DNA of 64,000 nt from an uncultured Bacteroidota bacterium. Its GTDB lineage: Bacteria > Bacteroidota > Ignavibacteria > UBA10030 > UBA6906. Numbering within the stretch: the first letter of the stretch is position 1; each line of letters opens with the position of its first letter. The notes under the pieces are model-generated. The model was not told where the DNA came from. It searched no databases and saw only the letters and a program-made list of their open reading frames with translations. Below, piece by piece: positions 11,401 to 20,782 of the stretch. Position numbers and translations under genes: made by a program. The DNA lies in assembly GCA_963700635.1 (NCBI GenBank), contig CAVOYH010000004.1, positions 192,001-256,000 on the forward strand. The letters are read 5' to 3'.

Positions 11401-11814
11401 ATACGACTGGGTTTTAACATCATCGCCACCGAAGGGACGTCGGCTTTTCTGAAGACGCAGGGGATCAGAAACCGCACGGTGCTGAAGGCCAGCGAAGGCA
11501 CCTTGAACATCATTGACGTGATCAGGAACGGATGGGTTCAACTCATCATCAACACCCCCCTCGGGCAGGTGTCGCGGCAGGACGAGCATGCGATTGGCCG
11601 TGCGGCATACGAATGTAGGGTGCCATTCCTTACCACCCTCTCGGCTGCTGCGTCGGCGGCGAAGAGTATCGAGCGGCTGCGGCAGGCGGATTTGCCGGTC
11701 GTGAGCGTGCAGGAATACCATGAACTCGCCCGGCAGGGTGGCGCACCCCGGCAGCTCGAGACCCTGGAAGACTGTACCCGGCTGGTTGAGTATATCCGGT
11801 CGTTCCAGATGTAA
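8488..11814 (+). CDS. carB: Carbamoyl-phosphate synthase large subunit
   Basis: MPKRTD...[17 protein letters not shown], duplicated ATP-grasp halves, C-terminal MGS-like domain; TTG start. Confidence 0.97.
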   Translation: MPKRTDLHSILLIGSGPIVIGQACEFDYSGTQACKVLRDEGFRVILINSNPATIMTDPDIADRTYIEPITPEFVAKIIERERPDAILPTMGGQTALNTAVALAEQGVLERYNVELIGAKLDAIKKAEGRELFKSVMDQAGLETPRGGFVHSMENAEELVAQFGFPVIIRPSFTLGGTGGGIAMNADEFEEKVLYGLEASPVHEVLLEESVIGWKEYELEVMRDLKDNVVIVCSIENLDPMGVHTGDSITVAPQQTLTDKEYQAMRDDAIKIIRAIGVETGGSNIQFAVNPQTGRRLVIEMNPRVSRSSALASKATGFAIAKIATKLAIGYTLDEIPNDITRVTPASFEPSIDYCVVKIPRWDFEKFKGVDEILGVQMKSVGEVMAFGRTFKEALQKALRSLEQDRHGLGADGRDTCNVVSLSEEERKDWRQRVRDYVAKPRADRLFYLRYGMQLGMGDAELYELTGIDPWFLAQIRSIVDMEETVRSAPALERELLWQSKQYGFSDRQLAFLRSTDQNSIRALRKSLGVVPVYKTVDTCGAEFQAETPYHYSTYEQENEARRSDRKKIVILGGGPNRIGQGIEFDYCCVHGVMGLAEEGYETIMVNCNPETVSTDYDTTDKLYFEPLTLEDVLNICDLEQPDGVIVSFGGQTPLKLAHALESHGYRILGTTTDGIDLAEDRKRFGALLDELGIACPAYGTASDLDGALQAAHRIGYPVLIRPSYVLGGRAMEICYSDAGLREYMAKAVHVSEERPVLIDRFLEDAFEFDVDALCDGTDVYIGGIMQHIEEAGVHSGDSACVLPPYAVTPQQLHDLVTHTRRLALALHAVGLVNIQYAMQNGVVSVLEVNPRASRTTPFVSKATGVPLAKIAAKLKVGRTLKDLGVQGYSWAKHVSIKESVFPFSKFPQARHFLGPEMRSTGEVMGISDSFGASFAKASLAAGTVLPTKGTVFVSVNDNDKQLRAVNIVRSYIRLGFNIIATEGTSAFLKTQGIRNRTVLKASEGTLNIIDVIRNGWVQLIINTPLGQVSRQDEHAIGRAAYECRVPFLTTLSAAASAAKSIERLRQADLPVVSVQEYHELARQGGAPRQLETLEDCTRLVEYIRSFQM

Positions 11815-11826
11815 GGGGATTCTGTC

Positions 11827-13656
11827 GTGCCAACACCTGCGTATATACTCGGCATTTCCTGCTACTATCATGATGCGGCCGCCGCGCTTCTGCGTGACGG
11901 AGAGATCCTCGCTGCGGCGCAGGAGGAACGGTTCAGCCGGGTGAAGCATGATTCGCGCTTTCCTTCAGCTGCCATATCCTACTGTATGGCTGAGGCGGGG
12001 ATCACAGCATCCGATCTGACGGCCGTGGTGTTCTATGACAAACCACTGCTCAAGTTCGAGAGAATCCTCGAGACCTCTCTCGCGTATGCGCCGCGGGGCC
12101 TCCGCTCTTTTCTGACGGCAATGCCGGTCTGGCTGAAAGAAAAACTCTGGATCCCTTCCCAAATCCGCAAGGAACTGGACTACGACGGTCTCCTCCTGTT
12201 CACCGAACACCACGAATCGCACGCCGCATCCGCCTTTTTCCCGTCTCCGTACGAACGGGCGGCAATAATCACGATGGATGGCGTAGGGGAGTGGGCCACC
12301 GCAAGCTACGGGGTGGGGAACGGGAACAGCATCACGCTTCTCGGAGAACTCCGGTTCCCGCACTCTCTCGGGCTTCTGTATTCCGCATTCACATACTACA
12401 CCGGGTTCAAAGTAAATTCTGCGGAGTACAAGGTGATGGGCCTTGCACCCTATGGCGAACCACGGTATGTTCAGACCATGTATGACCACCTGATCGATCT
12501 GAAGGACGATGGATCATTCAGGATGAATATGGAGTTTTTTGATTACTGCACCGGTCTCAGGATGACCAGTCGGAAGTTTGACCTCCTGTTCGGGGGGCCC
12601 CCGCGTACGCCGGAGTCGCCGCTGACACAACGCGAGATGGATCTCGCCCGGTCGCTGCAGGATGTCACGGAGGAAATCATGCTGCGAATGGCGCGGCATG
12701 TTCATCACGAGACGGGCGAACAGAATCTTGTGCTTGCCGGCGGGGTCGCCTTAAATTGTGTAGGGAACGGCCGTGTGCTCCGCGAAGGACCTTTTGACCA
12801 TCTCTGGATTCAACCGGCTGCGGGTGATGCGGGCGGGGCACTCGGAGCGGCGCTTTTTGGCTGGCACGTGTATTACAATGCGCCACGCAGCGCCGATAAC
12901 ACACATGACAGGCAAAAGGGGTCGTATCTCGGACCGGCATTCCCGGATGAAGCCATCGAAGCATTCCTGAACGCCCGGGGTTCATCATATCAGCGTCTGG
13001 AGCCGGAGCAACTTGTTGATCATGTCGCCGATCTGCTTGCGGCGGGTGCCGTGGTGGGCTGGTTCGCCGGCAGGATGGAATTCGGTCCAAGAGCGCTCGG
13101 CGCAAGAAGTATCCTGGGTGACGCCCGGTCCGGAACGATGCAGGCCACGATGAACCTGAAGATCAAGTTCCGCGAGTCGTTCAGACCATTTGCGCCGAGC
13201 ATTCTCCGGGAGCGGGCTGCAGAGTACTTCGAGCTGGATCACGATAGCCCGTACATGCTGCTCGTTGCACCGATCGTTGCCGCCAGGCGCACGCCGGTGA
13301 CGGATGAACAGAATCGCCTGTTCGGAATCGACAAGCTGAACATTGTTCGGTCCGATATTCCTGCCGTGACCCACGTGGATTATTCCGCCCGCGTGCAGAC
13401 AGTCAGCCGGGAAGATCACCCGCTGTATTACGATCTGATCAAGGCTTTTGAGCGCCGCACGGGATGTCCCGTGGTCATCAATACGTCGTTTAATGTCCGG
13501 GGTGAACCTATTGTGTGCCGGCCGGAAGAGGCGTACCGTTGTTTCATGCGCACGGACATGGACGCCCTGGTGATGGGAAGTTTTGTGCTGGCGAAGAAAG
13601 ACCAGAGTCCTCTCGAGGAGGAGGGAAACTGGAGGAAGGAGTTCGCACTTGACTGA
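11827..13656 (+). CDS. O-carbamoyltransferase, NodU/CmcH (SxtI-like) family
   Basis: ILGISCYYHDAAAAL, EHHESHAAS, GGVALNC, EFGPRALG, NTSFNVRGEPIV motifs. Confidence 0.93.
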   Translation: MPTPAYILGISCYYHDAAAALLRDGEILAAAQEERFSRVKHDSRFPSAAISYCMAEAGITASDLTAVVFYDKPLLKFERILETSLAYAPRGLRSFLTAMPVWLKEKLWIPSQIRKELDYDGLLLFTEHHESHAASAFFPSPYERAAIITMDGVGEWATASYGVGNGNSITLLGELRFPHSLGLLYSAFTYYTGFKVNSAEYKVMGLAPYGEPRYVQTMYDHLIDLKDDGSFRMNMEFFDYCTGLRMTSRKFDLLFGGPPRTPESPLTQREMDLARSLQDVTEEIMLRMARHVHHETGEQNLVLAGGVALNCVGNGRVLREGPFDHLWIQPAAGDAGGALGAALFGWHVYYNAPRSADNTHDRQKGSYLGPAFPDEAIEAFLNARGSSYQRLEPEQLVDHVADLLAAGAVVGWFAGRMEFGPRALGARSILGDARSGTMQATMNLKIKFRESFRPFAPSILRERAAEYFELDHDSPYMLLVAPIVAARRTPVTDEQNRLFGIDKLNIVRSDIPAVTHVDYSARVQTVSREDHPLYYDLIKAFERRTGCPVVINTSFNVRGEPIVCRPEEAYRCFMRTDMDALVMGSFVLAKKDQSPLEEEGNWRKEFALD

Positions 13657-14053
13657 TGAAGGATTAACCGGGACCCGCGACCTGCGGCGTTTTGGATTAC
13701 TCTTTGGTGGTCTGGGGTTAGCGCTTGCCGGTTACTGGTGGTGGCAGAACACCACATACTGGTGGGCTCCGGCCTTGTGGGCGGCACTGTTCGCGGGTAC
13801 AGGGATCTTAGCGCCGTCCCTGCTCCGTCCTCTGCACGCCGGTTGGATGAAGTTTGCACAGTTCCTGGGATGGCTTAATACCCGGATACTTCTCACGCTG
13901 TTCTTCTATATGGTGATAACGCCTGTGGCGATTATCCTGAAGGTTTTCCGGAAGGAGCTTCTGGAAGAATACAGAGGGAAACCTGCCGCTACGTATTGGA
14001 AGCGCAGGCCGGATGTTGTGGTCGAAAAATCACGATACGAGAATCTCTTTTAA
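13649..14053 (+). CDS. SxtJ family membrane protein
   Basis: LRRFGL...TM...WMKFAQFLGWLNTRILL...TYW...YENLF pattern; TTG start after GGAGG/AAGGA overlapping upstream stop. Confidence 0.82.
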   Translation: MTDEGLTGTRDLRRFGLLFGGLGLALAGYWWWQNTTYWWAPALWAALFAGTGILAPSLLRPLHAGWMKFAQFLGWLNTRILLTLFFYMVITPVAIILKVFRKELLEEYRGKPAATYWKRRPDVVVEKSRYENLF

Positions 14054-14068
14054 CAACCCATACCACCT

Positions 14069-14242
14069 ATGCCTCACAAGAAACACAATCGCATCTCGAT
14101 CCTTGCCGAACTCTGGGCATTCATGAAGGTCCGCAAGAAGTGGTGGCTCGGACCAATCTTCCTGATGCTTCTCGTGCTGGGCCTGATCGTGGTGATGACG
14201 CAGGGTTCCGCTCTCGCACCGTTTATCTACACGTTGTTCTGA
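14069..14242 (+). CDS. Small membrane protein, DUF5989/SxtK-like (57 aa, absent from ORF track)
   Basis: Translates to MPHKKHNRISILAELWAFMKVRKKWWLGPIFLMLLVLGLIVVMTQGSALAPFIYTLF; RKKWWL-P and APFIYTLF are family hallmarks. Confidence 0.9.
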   Translation: MPHKKHNRISILAELWAFMKVRKKWWLGPIFLMLLVLGLIVVMTQGSALAPFIYTLF

Positions 14243-14263
14243 GAGGCGCGACGCCTCCGACGT

Positions 14264-15061
14264 CTACGGCAGTCCCGAGAGAAACGTATTCAGGTGTTCA
14301 TTGACCGCGCCGGGATTCTCAAGGGGGCTCATGTGTGCGGCTCCCGGAATGATATGGAGTTGAGATCCGCGGATACGTTCAAACATTGATCGGGATGCCT
14401 CCGGAGGGGTGGTCGTATCGTGCTCGCCGACGAGAATCAGCGTGGGCACGGCGATCGCGGCCAGAGATGACGTGGTATCCGTCCGCGCCGCAAGGGCCAG
14501 CAGCATCCCTGCGATTGCCAGGGGTGGCGTATGTGCAATCGTCGTGCGTATCAATTCGACGGCATCGGGCACACGCGCAAAGGATTCCGGCGCAAAGATC
14601 TTCTTGACAAAGTCCTCCGCGAACCAGAGGGAGCCGCGTGATTTCACGGCCGCCATTGCCCGCGCCCTCGAAATCTTTGCTTCATTGCCATCCGCCTCGC
14701 TCCGTGTGTTACACAGAACGGCGGCCCGGAATCGTTCAGGATTCCGTTCCAACGCGCGGAGTGTAATGTATCCTCCCATGGACATACCGACGACCACGGT
14801 CTGCTGGATTTCCAGATGATCGAGCAGGGCAATCAGATCATCCACGTGACCTTCGATGGTGTATTGGCCGTCGCCCATGCTGCTTTCGCCGAGGCCGCGC
14901 AGGTCATACGCGATCGTGCGAAAGGATGAGCTGACGGCTTCCCGCTGAGAGGCCCACATTTTGTGACTGAAGGGGAATCCGTGAATAAACACGATGGGTG
15001 GTGCGCCCGCATCTCCCTTCTCGGCCACATGCAGGAGCGCAGTCTGTACCTGAACATGCAT
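14264..15061 (-). CDS. Alpha/beta hydrolase (enol-lactonase-like)
   Basis: FIHGFP, YDLRGLGES, GMSMGG nucleophile elbow, AAHMSPLE. Confidence 0.88.
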   Translation of the reverse strand: MHVQVQTALLHVAEKGDAGAPPIVFIHGFPFSHKMWASQREAVSSSFRTIAYDLRGLGESSMGDGQYTIEGHVDDLIALLDHLEIQQTVVVGMSMGGYITLRALERNPERFRAAVLCNTRSEADGNEAKISRARAMAAVKSRGSLWFAEDFVKKIFAPESFARVPDAVELIRTTIAHTPPLAIAGMLLALAARTDTTSSLAAIAVPTLILVGEHDTTTPPEASRSMFERIRGSQLHIIPGAAHMSPLENPGAVNEHLNTFLSGLP

Positions 15062-15133
15062 AGTCGTGCCTCCAAGATGTCGTACGGAAATCTACACAAA
15101 TATGGGGTGATTGTCACGTGGAGGGCGCAAATC

Positions 15134-15162
15134 TTGCTCCTCGTGCCCTGATATACTATATT
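15134..15162 (+). promoter_or_regulatory. Sigma70-type promoter upstream of M20 peptidase
   Basis: TTGCTC-N17-TATATT. Confidence 0.5.
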
Positions 15163-15202
15163 AAACCATCTCTTCGATCGTCTCCCAACATCCGGGGCTC
15201 AT

Positions 15203-16588
15203 ATGAACGACGTTCTTTCGCACATACAGAGCAACAGTACGCGCTACGTACGTGAGTTAACAGATCTCCTTGCGATTCCGAGTGTGAGCACAAATCCTGA
15301 GAACGTGCCGGATATCCGGCGCTGTGCAGAGTGGGTGGCCGGGCATCTTCGGGGGATAGGAATACCCGATGCCCGTGTGATACCCACCCCGGGGCACCCG
15401 GTGGTGTACGGGTCATGGATGAACGCGCCGGGGAAACCAACACTCCTGATCTACGGACACTATGACGTTCAGCCTCCCGAGCCGCTCGACTTGTGGACAT
15501 CGCCCCCGTTTGAAGCGACTATCCGTGGTGACAATCTGTATGCGCGCGGTTCATCCGACGATAAAGGTCAGTTCTTTGTTCATCTGAAAAGTATAGAAGC
15601 GTTTCTCAAGACAACCGGTACACTTCCCCTGAATGTGAAGTTCCTTATTGAGGGGGAGGAGGAGATTGGGAGCGAACATCTGGAGGAGTTTGTGCGGGCG
15701 CAGACCGATCTGCTCAAGGCCGATCTTGTTATGATCTCGGATTCTTCCATGTTTGCGCGGAATGTTCCGTCGATCTGCTACGGACTCCGCGGGCTCTCGT
15801 ACATGCAGGTCGAGCTTGTCGGACCGAGCCGTGATCTTCATTCCGGATCGTTCGGAGGATCGGTGCTGAACCCGATTCAGGCCCTGGCCGAGATGATTGC
15901 GCGGCTTCACGACCGTCACGGCCGGATTACCATTCCCGGTTTTTATGACGATGTGCGGCCCCTCAGCAGGAAGGAGCGCGCGGCGTATAAACAACTTCCC
16001 TGGAATGACAGGACCTATGCAAAGGAGCTGGGTGTACGGGCACTGTATGGCGAGAAGGGGTTTACGACGCTGGAACGCCTCTGGGCGCGGCCAACCCTGG
16101 AATGTAACGGCATCTGGGGTGGCTTCACGGAGGAAGGCGCCAAGACGGTTCTCCCATCAAAAGCCTCCGCAAAGATTTCGATGCGTCTTGTGCCTGATCA
16201 GACTTCACAAAAAGCCAGTGCGCTCTTCACCCGATACATGAAGAAGATTCTTCCCCCCGGCGTCCGGATGACCGTGCGCTCCCTCCACGGCGGCGAACCG
16301 GCCATTACGCCGATTGACAGTCCCGGCGTCCGTGCCGCAGTCTCTGCTCTGGAGAAAGGATTTGGAAAAAAACCATTGTATCAGCGGGAGGGCGGGTCAA
16401 TTCCCATTGTTGTACAATTCAAGAAGCTCCTGAAGATAGATACGGTGTTGCTGGGATTTGGCCTGCCGGATGAGAATGCGCATGCTCCGGATGAGTTTCT
16501 CCACCTGCCCAATTTTTACGGTGGCATCCGCACATCGGCGCATTTTCTGAGTGAACTTCCATCCTTTATGGGAAAGGCCGGGGCATAG
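15203..16588 (+). CDS. M20 family dipeptidase
   Basis: YGHYDVQP, ARGSSDDKGQ, EGEEEIGS, EGGSIP, NAHAPDE motifs. Confidence 0.92.
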   Translation: MNDVLSHIQSNSTRYVRELTDLLAIPSVSTNPENVPDIRRCAEWVAGHLRGIGIPDARVIPTPGHPVVYGSWMNAPGKPTLLIYGHYDVQPPEPLDLWTSPPFEATIRGDNLYARGSSDDKGQFFVHLKSIEAFLKTTGTLPLNVKFLIEGEEEIGSEHLEEFVRAQTDLLKADLVMISDSSMFARNVPSICYGLRGLSYMQVELVGPSRDLHSGSFGGSVLNPIQALAEMIARLHDRHGRITIPGFYDDVRPLSRKERAAYKQLPWNDRTYAKELGVRALYGEKGFTTLERLWARPTLECNGIWGGFTEEGAKTVLPSKASAKISMRLVPDQTSQKASALFTRYMKKILPPGVRMTVRSLHGGEPAITPIDSPGVRAAVSALEKGFGKKPLYQREGGSIPIVVQFKKLLKIDTVLLGFGLPDENAHAPDEFLHLPNFYGGIRTSAHFLSELPSFMGKAGA

Positions 16589-16599
16589 CCCACCGCACA

Positions 16600-17568
16600 G
16601 TGCTGCGCATAAATCTGCTTGTCCACATTCACAGCGCCGGATTACGGCGCGACCTGAGGGTGTTCCAGGAAGCCCTGAAGGGCCTCCCCGTCCGGCTGAC
16701 GGTTACCGCATTTGATCCCGCATGGCTCCCGCGGCTCGGGCGGGGCATCCGTCGGGCGACAGGGACAGTACTCCCCGGGAAACTCTACGACATTAATCTT
16801 TTTGTGGAAGAGATCGCCCCGGCGTGGATGCCCCTTGCCCGGGTGAATTGCCTGGTGCCTCACCAGGAGTGGTTTACCGATCTTACCCGGACCCATCTGC
16901 AGCGCATGGACTGGGTCCTCTGCAAATCACAGTTTGCGGTACAGATGTTTGAATCAATCGGGTCCCGCACAGCGTACACCGGATTCACCACCCTCGATCG
17001 TTATGATCCTTCTGTCCGCAAAGACTTTTCTGAATCCGTGCATGTCGGCGGAAGCAGTCGCCAGAAAGGCTCGGCCACGGTCAACACTGTCTGGTTGCAA
17101 CACCCTCAATGGCCCATGCTGACGATCCACTGGTACGAGCCTGCGGCACATCCCGTGGAGGCCTCGAACATCCGGTGTGTGAGATCATTTGTGGATGAAC
17201 GTACGTTAAGCAACACGCAGAACAGGTGTGGGATACACCTGTGTCCCTCGGAAGCGGAAGGATTCGGACATTATCTCGTTGAGGCAATGAGTTGTGCCGC
17301 TGTTGTGCTGACGACCGCCGCTCCGCCAATGAACGAACTGGTTCAACCGGAGAGGGGAGTGCTTGTCGGATATCATCGTCAGGCCCCCCAGGGGGTTGGC
17401 ATGAACTACTACGTCGATCCGGTCCTGCTCGGGGAAGCCGTGGAAGGGGTGCTGGGTACAAGTCTGCTCGAGCGTGAACGGATGGGCAAACGGGCAAGGG
17501 AGTGGTTCCTTGAGAATGACCGCCTTTTTCGCACCAGGTTGTGGGAAGTGCTCCAGGGAATTGCCTGA
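16600..17568 (+). CDS. GT-B (GT4-like) glycosyltransferase
   Basis: HLCPSEAEGFGHYLVEAMS (EX7E) and PPMNEL motifs. Confidence 0.78.
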   Translation: MLRINLLVHIHSAGLRRDLRVFQEALKGLPVRLTVTAFDPAWLPRLGRGIRRATGTVLPGKLYDINLFVEEIAPAWMPLARVNCLVPHQEWFTDLTRTHLQRMDWVLCKSQFAVQMFESIGSRTAYTGFTTLDRYDPSVRKDFSESVHVGGSSRQKGSATVNTVWLQHPQWPMLTIHWYEPAAHPVEASNIRCVRSFVDERTLSNTQNRCGIHLCPSEAEGFGHYLVEAMSCAAVVLTTAAPPMNELVQPERGVLVGYHRQAPQGVGMNYYVDPVLLGEAVEGVLGTSLLERERMGKRAREWFLENDRLFRTRLWEVLQGIA

Positions 17569-17597
17569 AAATGGGACGAGCCGATTTGACTACGGTA

Positions 17598-17626
17598 TTG
17601 AAAATTTCTGAGAGAAGTCGTATATT
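17598..17626 (+). promoter_or_regulatory. Sigma70-type promoter for tRNA-His/hisS/hutH
   Basis: TTGAAA-N17-TATATT ending 10 nt before the tRNA. Confidence 0.65.
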
Positions 17627-17636
17627 AAGTATTCTT

Positions 17637-17710
17637 GCTGGCGTAGCTCAGTTGGTTAGAGCACCAGATTGTGGATCTGGGGGTCACAGGTTCAAATCCT
17701 GTCGCCAGTA
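17637..17710 (+). tRNA. tRNA-His(GTG), non-canonical acceptor (no G-1, G1:U72, A73), CCA not encoded
   Basis: Acceptor GCTGGCG/CGCCAGT, D-arm GCTCAGTTGGTTAGAGC, anticodon stem CCAGA/TCTGG with loop TTGTGGA, T-arm ACAGG-TTCAAAT-CCTGT. Confidence 0.95.
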
Positions 17711-17748
17711 CACCCTCCCCCTCCTCATACGCGAACGCAATTCCGACT

Positions 17749-19213
17749 ATGGCCGACGACCGAACTGTTGAACCACGGCTGCTGCGCGGATTCAGGGATT
17801 ACCTGCCCGCGCAGATGAACGCCCGACTCAAACTCATTGCCACCATCCGCCAGGTCTACGAACGGTATGGGTTTCTTCCCCTTGAAACGCCCGCGCAGGA
17901 ATACAAGGTCACGCTCCTGGGGTATGGCGAAGAAAACACCAAACAAATCTTCTGCTTTAAGAACCCCGAAGAAGAAGATGTAGCGCTGCGGTTCGATCTG
18001 ACCGTTCCCCTCGCCCGTGTTGTCGCACAATACCCCGATCTGCCTCTCCCGTTTCGCCGTTACCAGATTGCGCCGGTCTGGCGTGCCGACAAACCGGATC
18101 CGGGCCGGTTCAGGGAGTTCCTGCAATTCGATCTCGACTCCGTGGGAGTGTCGTCTCTCGCCGCCGATGCGGAGATTCTGACCGGTATGTACGATACGCT
18201 TGAGGCGCTTGGACTGCATCAGTCCGTTGTCCGGTTCAGCAGCCGGAAAGTGCTGAACAGCCTGCTGGACTATGCCGGGATACCCCGTACGATGGCGCAT
18301 GGGGTGTTTCGTGTGCTGGACAAGCTGGAGAAAATTGGCCGGGAAAACGTCGCGGCGGAACTTGCCGGAGGACGTGTTGATGTCTCGGGCGACAAAATTC
18401 CGGGGTTGGGCCTCGGCAGAAAAGCTATAGACCACATTGAAGAGTTTCTGGTTTTGCCGAAAGGGACGCGGGAAGAGGTCTTGCAGGGAATCACACGTCT
18501 GTTTGCCGGGGTCGATACAGCTTCCGAGGCAATACACGAGCTCGATTTTCTCTGCACATCACTTGACGTTCTGGAGATTCCAGAGGAAAGAGTGGCCCTT
18601 GACCTGAGCATTGCGCGGGGGCTGGACTACTATACCGGACCGGTGTTTGAAGCGATGCTCACAGAAGCTCCCGAGTTCGGGTCAATCTTCGGGGGGGGGA
18701 AGATACGACGGTCTTGTTGAACGATTCCTGGGTCGGAAGATTCCCGCTGTCGGGGCCTCTATCGGTGTAGACCGCCTCTTTGCGGCCATGCAGAAGCTTG
18801 GCCTCTTCTCCATGGGGAATGCCACGGCGCAGGTTCTGGTAACCATCATGGAACCCGGCCGGCTGGCGGATTATCAGCGCCTTACGAGACAGCTGCGGAA
18901 CGAAGGCATCAACACGGAAATGTATCTTGGCGAAGAGCGTAGTCCGGGCAAACAACTCCAGTACGCCAACCGGCAGCATATCCCTGTCGCCATCCTCATG
19001 GGCAGCAACGAGTTCCAACATGGCGAGGTAACGATCAAGGACCTTGTGCTGGGTGCAGCAATGCAGGACAAAAAGAAAACCATGACCGGAAAAGACCGAG
19101 AACGGTATCTTCAGGAAACGCGGACGGTGCAGGTGACGGTTCCTCTTGCCGAATGTGCCGTCACGATCAGATCGATCCTCGCCCGTCACGATAAATCACA
19201 ACCTCCGGGATGA
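17749..19213 (+). CDS. hisS: Histidine--tRNA ligase, split by +1 frameshift in G9 run at 18691-18699
   Basis: RGFRD, LRFDLTVPLAR, motif 2 RADKPDPGRFREF, IARGLDYYTG, GGGRYDGL restored by removing one G, anticodon-binding domain. Confidence 0.93.
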
Positions 19214-19228
19214 ACGAGGGATCAACCC

Positions 19229-20746
19229 ATGCCCAAGACTCTTCAGATTGATGGTAGCTCGCTGACCATCGATCGTGTTGTTTCGGTGGCGCGTCATGGT
19301 GTGCGGGCACGCCTCTCGCCGCTGGCACGTGAAGGAATGCGACGTTCCCGCGAATGGGTAGAGCGTGCGGTCCGTGAACACGCGGTGGTGTACGGTGTGA
19401 CCACGGGGTTCGGGGCATTTCAGAACGTTTCCGTCCGTTCCGAACGCCTCCGGGAGCTTCAACGGAATCTCATCCTCAGCCACTGTGCCGGAGTGGGCCC
19501 TCCGTTCGCGGAAGAAATTGTCCGTGCCATGCTCCTCCTTCGCGCGAATGCGCTCGCACGGGGTCATTCGGGGATACGTATCGCCGTCGTCGAGCGGCTC
19601 CTGGAGATGCTTCACTGTGGTGTCCATCCTATTGTGCCCGAACAGGGCTCTGTGGGCTCGAGCGGTGATCTGGCTCCACTTTCGCATGCTGCGGCAGTCC
19701 TCATCGGTGAAGGTGAGGCGATCTATCGGGGGAAACGGATGAGCGGGAGGAAGGCGATGCGCGCTGCCGGTCTCAAACCGGTCGTGCTGGAAGCGAAGGA
19801 AGGACTGGCTCTAAACAACGGCACACAGGCAATGACCGCCGTTGGGGTGCTGGCTGTTCATGATGCCGGCCGCCTGGCGGATCTTGCTGATATTGCAGCC
19901 GCATTGAGTCTGGAAGCTGTCAAGGGAAAAAGTACCCCGTTTGCGGAAAAAGCCCTGGCCACACGCCCTCATGCAGGACAGGCCCGCTCCGCCCGTAATA
20001 TCCGGACAATGATCGCCGGGAGCCGGCTGGTGGACCGTGTAGACCATGATACCCGGAACAAGGTTCAGGACTCGTATTCTATCCGCTGCGCTCCGCAGGT
20101 GCACGGGGCATCTCGGGACGCCATTGAATACGTGGCGCGCGTTGTGGAGACGGAGATCAATGCGACAACCGACAATCCGCTGATCTTCCCGGATTCCAAC
20201 GAAGTCTTCAGTGTCGGGAATTTTCACGGACAACCCGTTGCTCTCGCAATGGATTTTCTCGCGCTCGCGGTTGCAGAGCTTGGAAATATTTCGGAGCGGC
20301 GGACTGCCAAATTGATGGACCGCGAGCACAGCTGCGGCCTCCCGCCGTTTCTTGCCGTGGATGGCGGACTCGAGTCGGGCCTGATGATCGAGCAATATAC
20401 CGCTGCAGCGCTGGTGTCGGAGAACAAAGTCCTCATCCATCCTGCCAGCGGTGATTCGATCCCGACCTCTGCGAACCAGGAAGACCATGTGAGCATGGGG
20501 ACCATCGCGGCCCGGCAGGCGCGCCAGGTCATTCAGAACGTGGAACACGTGATTGCCATAGAACTCCATGGCGCCATCGAGGCCCTTGCGTATCGATCCG
20601 AACGTCCGGGTGAAGGAACGCGCAAGGCGCTCCGCATGTTGCGAGAAGTGGTTCCCCCTCTCCGCGGTGACCGGCCGTTGTCTCAGGACATCGAAGCCCT
20701 TGTGCAGTTCATCCGCAACGACGCCCTTCGCGCCCTTGTCCGTTAG
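19229..20746 (+). CDS. hutH: Histidine ammonia-lyase
   Basis: VYGVTTGFG, GSVGSSGDL (MIO tripeptide SSG variant), QDSYSIRC, NQEDHVSMG. Confidence 0.9.
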   Translation: MPKTLQIDGSSLTIDRVVSVARHGVRARLSPLAREGMRRSREWVERAVREHAVVYGVTTGFGAFQNVSVRSERLRELQRNLILSHCAGVGPPFAEEIVRAMLLLRANALARGHSGIRIAVVERLLEMLHCGVHPIVPEQGSVGSSGDLAPLSHAAAVLIGEGEAIYRGKRMSGRKAMRAAGLKPVVLEAKEGLALNNGTQAMTAVGVLAVHDAGRLADLADIAAALSLEAVKGKSTPFAEKALATRPHAGQARSARNIRTMIAGSRLVDRVDHDTRNKVQDSYSIRCAPQVHGASRDAIEYVARVVETEINATTDNPLIFPDSNEVFSVGNFHGQPVALAMDFLALAVAELGNISERRTAKLMDREHSCGLPPFLAVDGGLESGLMIEQYTAAALVSENKVLIHPASGDSIPTSANQEDHVSMGTIAARQARQVIQNVEHVIAIELHGAIEALAYRSERPGEGTRKALRMLREVVPPLRGDRPLSQDIEALVQFIRNDALRALVR

Positions 20747-20782
20747 AATAACGCAGAGACACAGTGTGCCAGGGAGCCACCC

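Noticed and set aside
11827-14242. Saxitoxin biosynthesis
   Set aside because: Only sxtI/J/K-like genes are present; no sxtA, sxtG or other core genes in the window
17671-17748. ORF-track start of hisS at 17671
   Set aside because: Lies inside the tRNA-His gene; ATG 17749 fits the family N-terminus
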